Assembly: GCA_013115145.1 (NCBI GenBank)
Contig: JAAPAO010000085.1
Location: 1 to 64,000 of the forward strand
Length of the DNA stretch: 64,000 bases
Direction: 5' to 3'
Source of the DNA: Perkinsus chesapeaki ATCC PRA-425
Lineage: Eukaryota > Protista > Perkinsozoa
Numbering within the stretch: position 1 is the first letter of the stretch; each line of letters begins with the position of its first letter. Position numbers and translations under genes: made by a program. The notes beneath the pieces are model-generated. The model saw only the letters and a program-made list of their open reading frames with translations. It was not told where the DNA came from and made no database searches. Shown here one piece after another: positions 1 to 11,639 of this stretch.

Positions 1-151
1 TTCCACTAAGGCCAGTATCCATGTATAGTTGGATCGGTTGTCCGTCGAATCTGACTCCATTGATAACACCGTCTTCGAAAGGCAAAGATATCTCGCCACG
101 TGCCATAAGATACCAGCAGGTAGAAGCGATCTCAACGAAGAAGTATCGCAT
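1..151 (-). CDS. Pepsin-like aspartic protease paralog, 5' part only (runs off the window start)
   Basis: Minus strand from ATG at 151 reads MRYFFVEIASTCWYLMARGEISLPFEDGVINGVRFDGQPIQLYMDTGLSG, collinear with the N-termini of 1594-2691 and 8462-8947 and including the first catalytic DTG. Confidence 0.9.
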   Translation of the reverse strand, partial: MRYFFVEIASTCWYLMARGEISLPFEDGVINGVRFDGQPIQLYMDTGLSG

Positions 152-1593
152 TTTGTTCGAACTATGAAGCTCACCGCCGCGCACACAACGCTGCGAAGTG
201 TATCAAGTATTTTAACAGCTCCCCAGCACGCATGCACACGTTCTTTAAATATAGTGCTAAGCTTTGGATATGCTGTCATTTAGCTTGCAATCAATGTGCG
301 TCTATGGGTGATCTGATGTACCTAAGCTTACATAGTGTAAGCTTCTGCGCTGTCATATGTCCGTAAAGCACAGCATTTTAGTGATTGCGTTGGTGGAGCG
401 TCCTGAGCCATGCGCCGCTGGTCCATCATGTGCTTGCTCTCTGCGTGCGCATGCGTGCTCGTCCGTTATTTCTAAGTGTCGGATAGACGGTTATAGGTTC
501 ATTATTATTACTAACGACTAGTCGAGTAGTGACTTACATTCTTATAGTCACTTTCCGCAGGGCTTGTTTCGGGGGAGTCTCTTCGACGCTAAACATTCCC
601 TACATGAATGATCCGAAGGGTATGAAGCCTCTTTGAGTCCGTGAATTGTGGTTCCCAAGGACGAACTAGATATTGAGAAGGTGTAGTTATCTGACCGAAC
701 ATTCATCAGAGTTGAAATACTGTAGTGCCCAATGTAAAGTGGTAACCAGATCACAAACAAAAGGGTCCACGCTTATCGAAACCTACCTATAATGGGGAAG
801 TTTTGGCTTCCATAATTTAAATCTTTTAAGCTGCCCTATGCTCAGCTTATGAGTGTGTGTCCAGTCGTGAAGTCCTATTAGTTCGAAAGTCTTGTACATG
901 AGGCATATGATTCGCTAATTGAGCAATGCCCACTGGCGGTCCAAATCTACAGAGATGCCTATAAACATCGATTTCTGCCTACATTCACGGTTGATCATTA
1001 CGATTCACCCGATAAATACTTCATTCAACTCGAACGGCCCGAATGATTCATCCCCATACGCTTTTCATTGACCTTGATTTAACGCATAGCCGTGAAGGTG
1101 CCCAGAAAAGACTTATTCAGTTGAGATGGAATTTAAACCACCGCTCTGCTATGTCGGGCCTGTTTGCTTTTCATGACTGATAGTAGTTCAGTTAGCTATC
1201 CGCGTTCTAGGATCATCAGACACAGAGAATTGGAACTGATTCAGACACTGTGGCACATAATGTGCCTACCTCTAGTGGCGCACAAAGCAGCTTTACACAC
1301 CAAAGGCAATGAATAACAAGGTACGCGATAATGCGCCGCGTGTTGCACCTGTGCCCTTCAAACGAGTGAACGCACGCGTCCGCTACGAATACACGTATGC
1401 ACATAGGGTGCGATTATATCTTTGTATAGGATAGACGTATAACATTTAATATATCAAGTTGGAGCTAACACCATCTTTCGAACTTATAGCTCTAGGATTG
1501 AGTATTTGAAGCTCTATGAAAGATTGCGTAAGAATGTTCCTTGTGCCCTAGTGGGCCGGGCAGATGGAACCAAATAATAAGAATAACATGGAC

Positions 1594-2691
1594 TCATGCT
1601 TTTTTGCCGGATGCGTATTCGGCCATACTAACAGTTAGTGGCTTCAAATCGTAAGAGGAAAAGTAAGTGGTGAGGTAGGGGCGACCAAGAATAACGTCAG
1701 ATCCATCGTAAGAGGTGATTGTAAGCGCACACCATTTCCCATCACAGAGCATGGTGTACTTCTTAGGTGGGATACGTATAATTAGAGGACGCTGTAAGTC
1801 TCCGACAGAAAACGTTAGGGTTGGTAGAGAGCTGTATCCCTTGTCGGTGATCCTCCAGATTCCCCTGATAAACTTGACCTCCACCCCAGGTCCTGCCATT
1901 GAAGGGATATTTTCAAGGAGGGTATCAAATATACTCTTCGGAAGAGCAATAGAAAAGGTACCCGTGTCATAAATCGCAGGAATCTGTTGGACTTGCAGCG
2001 TGAACGTCTTCCCTGTAGGACTCACCAGACCATAAGATAAGAGCCTCGAGTCGATCGCTGGGTGCCTATGTGGTTGAGTCATCGGAATTGTGGTAACAGT
2101 AGACTTTATACCACACAACCCATTCCAATCACCAAATATTACAGCGCCGGTGAACGACATCACATCACCAGGAGAGCATATTGACAATGCATACTTCTTG
2201 ATGATCTTCTTGTTGTAAAGCTCACTCGTAACCGTTTGGGGATTGGAGCGAGAAGTTAATGCGAGTCCAATATAATTCTCTGGTTTTTGCTCTGGATTAC
2301 TTGGAAGAGGTTTGAAGTCTATAATCAAACTAAATTGCATGCTCAGTTGGTGTTTCCCAATAACAAGCGTTCCTTGGTGCAAGACTGACGTCATCGTCGT
2401 GCCATCCTCGAACGTTGTAAGATGCTTCTCTTCAGCATACGGGTTGCAACTGCCGGGGCAGGAGTAGCAGCCCTTTGGAAATTGCTTGCAGGCATCCTTC
2501 CCGTATGTTTTTTCATACCAATTCTTATACACGACATAAGTCCCACTAAGACCAGTATCCATGAATAATTGGATCGGTTGCCCATCAAACAACACTCCAG
2601 TGATAATACCGTCATCGAAAGGCAAAGATACCTGACCACATGCCAAAGGATACCAGCAGGCAAGAACAATGCCATAGATTAAGTGACGCAT
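1594..2691 (-). CDS. Secreted pepsin-like (family A1) aspartic protease, intronless
   Basis: 365 aa ORF with a hydrophobic N-terminal signal-like segment, two catalytic motifs (FMDTGLSG, IYDTGTF), hydrophobic-hydrophobic-Gly motifs (YIGLA, ILGRPY) and a C-terminal YFSSYDL strand typical of A1 proteases. Confidence 0.93.
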   Translation of the reverse strand: MRHLIYGIVLACWYPLACGQVSLPFDDGIITGVLFDGQPIQLFMDTGLSGTYVVYKNWYEKTYGKDACKQFPKGCYSCPGSCNPYAEEKHLTTFEDGTTMTSVLHQGTLVIGKHQLSMQFSLIIDFKPLPSNPEQKPENYIGLALTSRSNPQTVTSELYNKKIIKKYALSICSPGDVMSFTGAVIFGDWNGLCGIKSTVTTIPMTQPHRHPAIDSRLLSYGLVSPTGKTFTLQVQQIPAIYDTGTFSIALPKSIFDTLLENIPSMAGPGVEVKFIRGIWRITDKGYSSLPTLTFSVGDLQRPLIIRIPPKKYTMLCDGKWCALTITSYDGSDVILGRPYLTTYFSSYDLKPLTVSMAEYASGKKA

Positions 2692-5462
2692 TTTGATTGA
2701 AATACGAAACTGAACCTGTCAAGGCTTACACTGATTCACCCCTCGAGAGTACCAACTCGAGCTGAGACTGCCTTGAGACGAGATCAAAATGAACTCTCTG
2801 TGCGTGGCGGTGGATCAGCCCCGCCTTGTGCTGCCTGTGGCGTAGGACTGTTCAGTCTGTGGTAGGATAATTCTCTACTCTTTCTGCCTGTGCTCTCATC
2901 TGTAGCCACCCGCCTTCTGTCTCCCATGTAAATCGTCTCCGTGTAGGCGGGGATAATTGCATTCTGATGCCGTTTTACTTGGTCGTGGGCGCGCCGTTTC
3001 CTTTGTCCATGAGCCGGTGAATCAGTCACAAAATAGATTCGCCTGAATCTCGTTGCCATTGGTGAGAGCCTCTCACTGAGAGGTTTGCTTCATCTATGCT
3101 TCGCGACTTGTCACCGATGTGGCCGTTGTTCACTTGCTAAGCAGTAATAATACGTATCAAACCGCTATCGTCAACTGATATGACCGACGTATCAATCGTG
3201 GCGCCACCTGCGAGTTGGAACCGGAGCCATTGGTGATCCGTTTTACGAGCGGCATCTGATCTGATTCAATGACATGACTTTTGAGACCGATTTTGTATGA
3301 GCTTAGTTTACCAGACTTTCTGGTGCAAACATAGGGAGCTCTTGATAACCAACAGATTATTTGTAGTCCTTACCGAGTGACCCATCTGCGAAATTGTAAC
3401 CCAACTCGCCCAGCCCTAGACAACTAAGCAACTTGCCTACTGCAATTTAGGATCAACTATTGCTTTCCAGGATTAATCTCATCTACCTAGTAATACCTCG
3501 CATACAATAAACTGCAGGAGCATACGCGGAACCGAGGCCAACAAACACATAAGCTACCCAAGATATATTCGGGTCACACGTGTCAGGTGTCCGCACACGG
3601 TGAGACCAGCCCGCAACAGCCGGCCATATTCATTTTTCACTCACCGCGACAGTGGCCATGGCCGCTGCTTGCTCCCTTCTCCTATATTCGGGTCTCTATA
3701 TGCTTATCGTTCGTCCCAGATATCTCAACTGAGCTCTCGTGAGTCCGTAGTTCCGATGTGTATATGACTATATCCACACCCTAGCGCTGGGCTGCAGGCT
3801 TTCCTATACACGTGCTACAATATATCGTCACGCTGCTGTCTTGGACATATATATTGAAGGTGATGCTACCCCCTTTTTTGCTTAATCTGTCATCCTTTTA
3901 TCATTTTACCATTCTGTAAGTTACCGACTATAATTGAATTTCAGTTGGTGTGCCGGTAACGGCACTTGTGCGACTTTTTGTGCTGTAAAACTGATTTCCT
4001 GTGCTGAAGCTCGTCCGTCCCTATTTCTGTGCTATGTTCGGCAGAAGTGTTCCTCGCAATTGTGTGGTAATTTTCCTAGGGTCCAGCTAGTGGACTCGGC
4101 CCATTACTCATTAATGTAAGTTTACGGCTTCTACCGTAGAATTTCTACGGTATCGACTCCATCACCTGCGAATCACTTCTATCTTTAGAGGGAAATGAGG
4201 GTCGGTGAGACTTATTTCAGGCTGCGTGTTCGTTTCGGTGGTGCCGTTGGTTACCTATGGACCATATTTATCATTGCTGTTTGTTGTTTATTAAGGCCCA
4301 AGTGTCTAATTGCGCTTAGCGGCTAAGCCCTAAACGTTATATTGCTTGAGTAAGAATAATACGACTGAAATTTGGTCAAGTTCAACAGTAGTGGGTGGGC
4401 CATGATCTACGGCAGATCATCTGCCGTATTGAATACACTTCCCGATCAAGGTAACGAGAGCTTCCTGAAAAGGAGGATAAACTCGGCACTTACGGAGGTG
4501 TTCCTGCTAATACGTCCTTGTCCTAGTAGAAGGACAATCCTTTTGCTTGATGGGTGCATGGGATCCATCCGTCATTATGATGATTTCATATACGAAGGGG
4601 CTCTTTGAAAGGACCTCTGCCATGGGCAGTAATCCTCATAACGCTCATGCTCCCTCTGAGCTTTTAATTCAAAAGCCTGAGCTCAAAATCCCGAAATTTT
4701 CTGTACTAGGGGACGGCACCGACGATATGCAATAACGCCGTGTTATATCAAATAATCATGTTGTACATAACGATGATCATTAAATGATCTATGGCGCTGC
4801 ATATCCTAATCGTCCATGTTGAACATATGGAGTTAGCCCTGATAGCACCAATTATACCATAATTACATTGAAGCTTGAATAGATAGTATGCAGCATACTG
4901 TATGCTGTTATGTGCTGCTCTGTGCGTTAAGCACACAGTGACTGTGTTTTCTCGTTTCTGAAATTAGACAGCTTCTGTGCACGCGTGCATCTGTGGATAT
5001 GCGCCACGCTGATATGCTAGTAGTATTGATAATCCCAGATAAGATGCTTGAAGCTGTAACAGAACATTCTGAGTGATATTGTGTTGCTTTGATACATCTG
5101 CTGTCGACTTATTTCACCAGGAAAGTTGCGTTTGACAAGCCTGACTCCTGTACACGTGACGGCTGCGGAGGGACAATGGAGCAGCAAGGCGTCATTAGCC
5201 TGTTTACCTATTCTTTACTATTCGATTTTTTTACTATTTAGGTCATAATTATTACGAAAACTCGTATCATAGTTCGTATCATACACACGTATTTTATCAA
5301 ACTACAGGGTGTATAAATATTCGTAAATATGTGTAAATATTTGCCCTCCTGAGAAGGTTATTCAAAAAAACACATTGTTTGTGGAAAGCCTGTAGTACCT
5401 AAACAGATTCTCGCCAGGTTCTCGGTAGGTTCTCGACAGTTGCCCAACAGTATTTTATTGGC

Positions 5463-6327
5463 ATGTCCTCGGTATTAGAAGACCAAAATGATGTCGAAGT
5501 AGTGAAGGGTATATCTGCATGGTATCTACCTACTAATGATGGTATTAATAGTGGTTTTAGATTCTTATTCTTGGTATCGTAATTGTTATCAGATATTATA
5601 AAGAATAATCCTGGGATGCCGCATGAAACCTATAGTAAGGTTACGGTTGAGTACTTAAACAGTTTAGGTGTAATAGTAAATGATAGTATATTATAATGAT
5701 ATATATATTAGGTAATATCAACTAATCTTAATAATCCAACTGAATGGCAAAATGATGACGGATTAACCAAAATAAGAGACGAAAGAGGGTAACATCAACA
5801 CAAGCGTAATAAAAGTGAGTATTAGTGTAAGTTACCGTTCATGCGATGAAGTTGTATTCAACGAGCCTCTCAAGAACGATGATAAAGACAGGTTCTTCGG
5901 TGAGCATTTACACTCTGATGAGAAGAGTATGTTCCTCAGCCATGGTGTAGCGTAATTATATGGTATACCCCTGCGCTCATTCTTATGTTTTTATCGTTAG
6001 ATATTACGATATACGTGACACCAACGATAAATGGATTCGAATCATGATGGACCCAGGTGTACTTATTGTAATAACAATAACCATCAGCAGACGCACAATT
6101 GCTAGTATTATGGTGTTTAGATATTACCAGCTGGTATGTGGCATAGGTTCTATACAAGTGTTGATAAAAATGACACCACATATCCGTGCATAGTGCATAG
6201 ACTATTTACAACAGAACCTCATTGGAGAGGATATCATCGATCGAATGCTAGTATCATGACTGGGAATGATATTCGCGAAATGATGATGGCTAATATCAAG
6301 TATATGAGATCACTACCACCTTCGTAG
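5463..6327 (+). CDS. ADI1: Acireductone dioxygenase (ARD, cupin; methionine salvage), about 6 exons
   Basis: Manual splicing at GT-AG sites gives MSSVLEDQ...SAWYLPTNDDIIKNNPGMPHETYSKVTVEYLNSLGVI...KIRDERGYRSCDEV...RFFGEHLHSDEKSMFLSHGVAYYDIRDTNDKWIRIMMDPGVLIILPAGMWHRFY...VHRLFTTEPHWRGYHR. This matches the ARD signature EHLHxDEE..GxGYFDVRD..WIRI...GDLIxLPAGxYHRF...RLF..EPxW. Confidence 0.88.
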
Positions 6328-7854
6328 CCGACCATTACTGTCTTTGGAGTTACCTATTTATACTGGCCTTTATGGATGACTACCCGGTTTTTATCACTCT
6401 TAGATGACGATGGCTGTCTAGAGGCTTTACGTCATCTAGCAAGTCTGTTGCCATCGATGTTGACTCCGGTTTAACTCCTGGCCGTAGCAAGGGAAATCAT
6501 AACAACTATGTACCCTCTTTGCAGAAGCACTCAAGCTTTTACTGTCATCATAAGCTCCGTGTAGTTAATACAAATGATCGCTATAGTGGGGACTTCTCGT
6601 TCACCAGCATACCGGAATCTTCATCGGTCGGGGTCTCAGCCATCGGCTCGCCAAACTCAACAAAAATGAGCTTTGCAAGTCGAAGTGCAACTTACTCACC
6701 AGAGCAAGAGTGGACCGAGCCAGCTGGAGATGTCTTTGGTGGTATACTGTATACCTGCAAATTACGCCATGTCACAGGAGCCACAAACAGGCCTTGGCCT
6801 ACTGCTTTGACTTACAACCTGTGAGCACCTAGTATACGACCCGACCCTGCTCGCGGCTTGCTTCCGATTAACTGACGTGTAATGTCACCAGTCTACCCTG
6901 CACTGGGTTGACTGGTCCATTGTTTCCGTTGATGGGGAGTGTAGGTGGGATGAAAATTGAACGAACCACGCGTCTCCACGGCTTGTCTCCGAGGATGCCT
7001 GGTCGCTGAGTAGTTCTTCGTATAAAACCACCATCATCATCTACTAATATTATCAATCGACTTACTGCTCGGCCGGCGAGTTGGAGCCAACGCAACTTGG
7101 GCGCCATAACGCGTCATGCACGTTGATCCGTACAAAGTCCGGCATGCTTCATTCGATGGCACGACTTCGTGACAACGAGCTACTCTGAGCGCGGTTCGCC
7201 CGATTTTTGCTAGAAATTAGGGCCCCTTTATCACCTCTGTCGCGGTGAGTCAATAAAGAATATCGCCGGGCGGTGACGGGATAACTAATGTAACACCTGA
7301 GTCGCGGCATGTTGCGTCACGTAGTGTTAGGCCTCAGAATCGGATTCAGAGTCTGAGTATTCGGCACTATGACCTTCCGGGGGCTCTGCTCAACATCATA
7401 CAGCCTGCTAGATTCTCTAGGAGGTACCAGTTGCTCCTGGCAAGTTTGGCTTTGGAAATATTGCACCTTCCAGAGTTCAAGCCATTCCCCACGTCTTAGC
7501 ATCGATCTAAGTTTTAATCCCAGAGTCCAATATACTCGACCAGCCCTATGTGGCTATGCCTGTGGCATATCACTCCACACACCTCAATTGACGAGCACCT
7601 CACTAATTGTCCGTTTAACATTCACCGAACGGCTGTTGACAGTGATTTCCCTCTCAATCCGCTTAATTCATTCGAACACAACAAGTTCTCTGAGTGATAG
7701 AAGGTCGGCTTGTTGGACTCCATGGTAATGCCCGTGCCCTAGAGAGCTAGATATGGCAGACGAAACGGCAATCTTTCCTATCAACAACAACAATACTGCA
7801 GGCTGAAAAAGAGTCCATCCACTAAATCCACTAAACGAGCTGGACTCAGCGCTC

Positions 7855-8947
7855 TTAGCGGGATGCGTATTCGGCAATGCTAACAGTCTGGGACTTGTAA
7901 TCGTAAGAAGAGAAGTAAGTGGTGAAACAAGGGCGACCAAATAGGATATCGGTTTCATCGTAATGGTCGAGTGCAAGTATACACCATTTACCATCACATT
8001 TGATTGCGTATTTATTAGGTGGGATGCGTATAATAAAAGGACGCTGCTTACTTCCGACAGAAAATGTTAAGGTTGGGAAGGAGCTGTACCCCTTGTCTGT
8101 TATGAACCAGACGCCACGTATGGACTTAACGTACACACCAGCTCCAGCGAAAAACGAGATCTGGTTTAGGAGAGCCTCAAATATAGTCTTCGGGATATAA
8201 ATAGAAAAGACACCCGTGTCGTAAATAGCAGAGCCATGTTGGACCTGTTGCGCGAATGTTTCACCTGTAGAGCTCACCAGACCATAAGAGGAGAGATCCG
8301 AGTCAAAGTGGCTATCTTCATGGGGTTCGGTCATCGGAATTGTGGTAACAGCTGACTTGATAGCACACAAACCACTGGAATCACCAAGTATTAGAGTGCC
8401 GGTGAACAACACCACATCACCAGGAGCGCATATTGATACTGCGTACTTCTTGATGAACTTACTAATGTAAAGCTGCCTCGGGACCGTTTGGGGACTGGTG
8501 GGGGGTACGGAAAGCAAGGCCAAGATAGTTCTGCGGTTTCTCATTCGGCGCTCGTTGACCAGGAGAGAAGCCTATGATCAAACGAAATTGCATTTTCAGT
8601 TGGCGCTTTCCAATTGCGAGTTGTCCCTCGTGCAAGACTGATGTCACCGTCGACCCATCAGCGAATGTCCCGACATTCTTTTCTTCAGCATACGGATTAC
8701 ATTCACCGGGGCAGGAGTAGCAACCCATCTTAAATTGCTTACAGGCATCTTTACCGTAGGTTCTTTCATACCAATCCTTATACAGAACGTAAGTTCCGCT
8801 AAGACCAGTATCCATAAATAATTGGACCGGTTGACCGTCGAATCTGATTCCGCTTATGATGCCGTCCTTGAAAGGCAACGATATCTGACCACGTCCCAAA
8901 GAACACCAGCAGACAAGGAGAAACGTCCCGTAGAATAAGCATCGCAT
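7855..8947 (-). pseudogene. Aspartic protease paralog with a single +1 frameshift (pseudogene or homopolymer sequencing error)
   Basis: ORF 8462-8947 gives the N-half (MDTGLSG) and ORF 7855-8544 the C-half (YDTGVF). Removing one G from the G6 run at 8500-8505 yields GLAFRTPTSPQTV, the same length as GLALTSRSNPQTV in 1594-2691. Confidence 0.85.
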
Positions 8948-10201
8948 TTTATTGAAGAATAAAAACTAAACACCCTGAAGGCTTTATCGGATACCTATTC
9001 AGCACAAACTCGGTGGCACGCACCGATGTGCTTGATTGGATCAGTCTGATCCGATCTTGCCCAGCCAGTCCCGGTATAAACCGGGTGTTAAACCAACAAA
9101 TACACGTTGGTCCAATGATGCGTTGCAATTCCAAGGAGGTAACTCCAACGGATTCTTGTATTCCCAACGTTGTACTTGTAAAACTAATTAAAGCATCCCG
9201 ACGGTTAAACTTTACGTTTTCTATTGTTCCATATCGCCATGAACAATGTGAAATCAGTGAGGCGATTAGCTATCTCCGAGATACTATCTCGTACCGTAGC
9301 TGCTATAACATAGCACTGTGCTATTAGCATATCTATTCCATAGGTCGTCCTGTGAAGAAAACACAGTTTACTGTGAATTGTTTCCACTTATGAGTCAGAT
9401 TTATCATATTGACTAAATGAAGGATTTGAGTAGTAGGCAATCTTTCGACTATGAAGTTTTGATTTTGGAGTTTTGGCCTAACTTTGACTCCAATAACCTG
9501 TGGTTCTCGACCTAAGACGTATAGGCTATTCTGCATAGCCTATGCATCGTCACCCAAGTGATGGCTTCTAACTCGCCTTCTATGGCTCCATTTAGCCGCT
9601 GTTGACCGATTTGACAAATCAAATCTATAAACGAGACTTCTAGCAGGAACAAAATAGAAATACTGATCACAAGGTAAAATCGCCAATTTCGATAGTGCTA
9701 CAGCTACGGAGTCTACACAATCGCAACACAACACAACATAGTCTATGCTGCCTGAAACATGATGAACATGTATACATGAAACGTGTTATCAAGGGCGGCT
9801 TATTGGCTTAACTTCCATTGAACTCCCAGTGTTCGAGAACCGCTTGTTATGTTTTTTTGTATTATTTATGCTGAACAAAACTGAATCATTCAGCATCATA
9901 AACTTCATAAACTTGTTGCGATGGTCGATAGAACTGTGCTAACACAACAGCACAGTATAAACCGAGAGGCAGCATTGTATTTGCGTACATCATAACAAAA
10001 TAGCTACGACAGAAATAGATCAATCGGGCGACCTGTATAATTGTAGCAACAGAACCGTACGCAACAGTGAACTCAAGGTCATCGGCCACTGACGGAGGCA
10101 ATACTATCACAGCAAAACTCTCTCTGAAAAGTAATAGTTTCAATCGGTCTAAACGTTGCGAAGTTGAGAATTTAAAAAACGGATTGCAACTGAACGATGT
10201 A

Positions 10202-10710
10202 GATGTACACCTGCTGTACAGTACGTGTGCCGTAATATTGTATAGAGCCCACCGAAGCGGGGACCCCGAATGCGAGTATATTCCCGGTACGAGCGGTGAG
10301 GATCGCTGGAACACAAGAAAATAGAGAAAGAAAATAGGAATAAATTTTCCTACGGGAACCCCCCGGGTTCAACCCCGAGTACGAGTACTTAAGCCGTACG
10401 AGCGTTAGAGATCACTCAAGCGTGCAGGTACCTAATAAATTTCGCCTAAATAAGACTAAACTATGCCTAGGACCCCCGACCGCTCAAGATGTACATATGC
10501 CGTAGCACCGTACGGAGCCCACAGAAAAGGGGACCCCGAGTACGAGTACTTAAGCTGTACGAGCGATAGAGATCACTCGAGCATCACTCAAGCGTGTGTA
10601 TATGATATGAATATATCCAATGAATTTCGCCTCTACAACGTCCGCTGAAGTGGTGAGACACCACTGGTGACCCCGAATACGAATAAGGAGGCCGTACTAG
10701 CGGTGCACTC
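10202..10710. repeat. Degenerate repeat cluster, four copies of the core ACCCCGA(A/G)T(A/G)CGA(A/G)TA...GTAC(G/T)AGCG
   Basis: Cores start at 10263, 10372, 10533 and 10670. Copies 2 and 3 are nearly identical over about 50 bp. A longer upstream motif (GATGTACA...TGCCGTA...GAGCCCAC.GAA..GGGG) precedes copies 1 and 3. Confidence 0.8.
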
Positions 10711-11639
10711 TTTTAGTGAGATGGCGATTTTAGTGAGTCCAACCGCATACTACAAACATTGGTTCATTCCATGCGGCCAGCCTTGTCCAAAACGATTCCA
10801 GTCAGTACGAGTCACTCAAGTAGAGATTGGAGGTGTTCATTCTTTCAAGGTGGAGCACATAGGCCAAAATCGTCTTATTTCCTTAATAAACCTAAAAGCC
10901 TTCCCAGTTTATATAGTGTAGTTCACTTAGTATACTAACGTGAGAATCAGTCTAATTCGATTAAACCTTGAGTCCTCGACGTCCGAGCAGCTCTACCTAT
11001 CGGCTGTGACACAATTCCGTGCCGTTTATAGGACAAAGTTTGTGCTAGGAGAAGTCACTATTTCTTCTATGTCTACCATCTGCAGCTCAGTGTCTGCTAT
11101 CTCGCACGCAATCTGTCCTCGTTACGCACAGCTGCAAGTAGACTTCTTGCAACTAAGTTGCGTTCCCCTCCTGTTGTAGTTGGGCGGCGCGCACCTTTGT
11201 CTACGGATGAGCTCCTCCGAACAGTGAATCAAACTCACAAAGGCGATTCACCGCAATACTGCGTAGCTCCAGTAACAGGAGTCCTGCTGGTGGGAGGTTA
11301 CCTTCGCATATGCAGTGCATACATGTCGTTAGCCGGAGGTTTTTGCAACGCATCGATGTCTCACGCGATAATTGAGTTTAAAACGCCGTGTTCGTCGCGC
11401 TACATTCTTAAGGACACATGCAGTATAACTAACGCGGACAACTACATAATGCAACGTATTGGCTGGAAAGCTCCCATCTATATATACATTTAATATTATA
11501 TTATATCCTAATTCACTATTAATATTTACAGATCTATAGATTAATGATATAATATACAGTACATCACCTATGCTTTACATCGGTGTATGCGCGCAACTAT
11601 GATACCGTGATTCACTACGTTTCTTTCACACACTCCCAA

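Noticed and set aside
440-460. GCGCATGCG-like motifs near 445, 19580 and 42537 as a shared regulatory element
   Set aside because: Too few instances and inconsistent positions relative to start codons to call from this window alone.
7317-7728. Short ORFs downstream of protease copy 3
   Set aside because: No recognisable motifs and no consistent splice model, so left unannotated.
10202-10710. Repeat-spacer appearance suggesting a CRISPR array, or tandem spliced-leader relics (GCTCAAG, CCGTAGC)
   Set aside because: The context is eukaryotic, the cores are degenerate, the spacers share sequence with each other and no cas gene is present. The leader-like fragments are short and in the wrong order.
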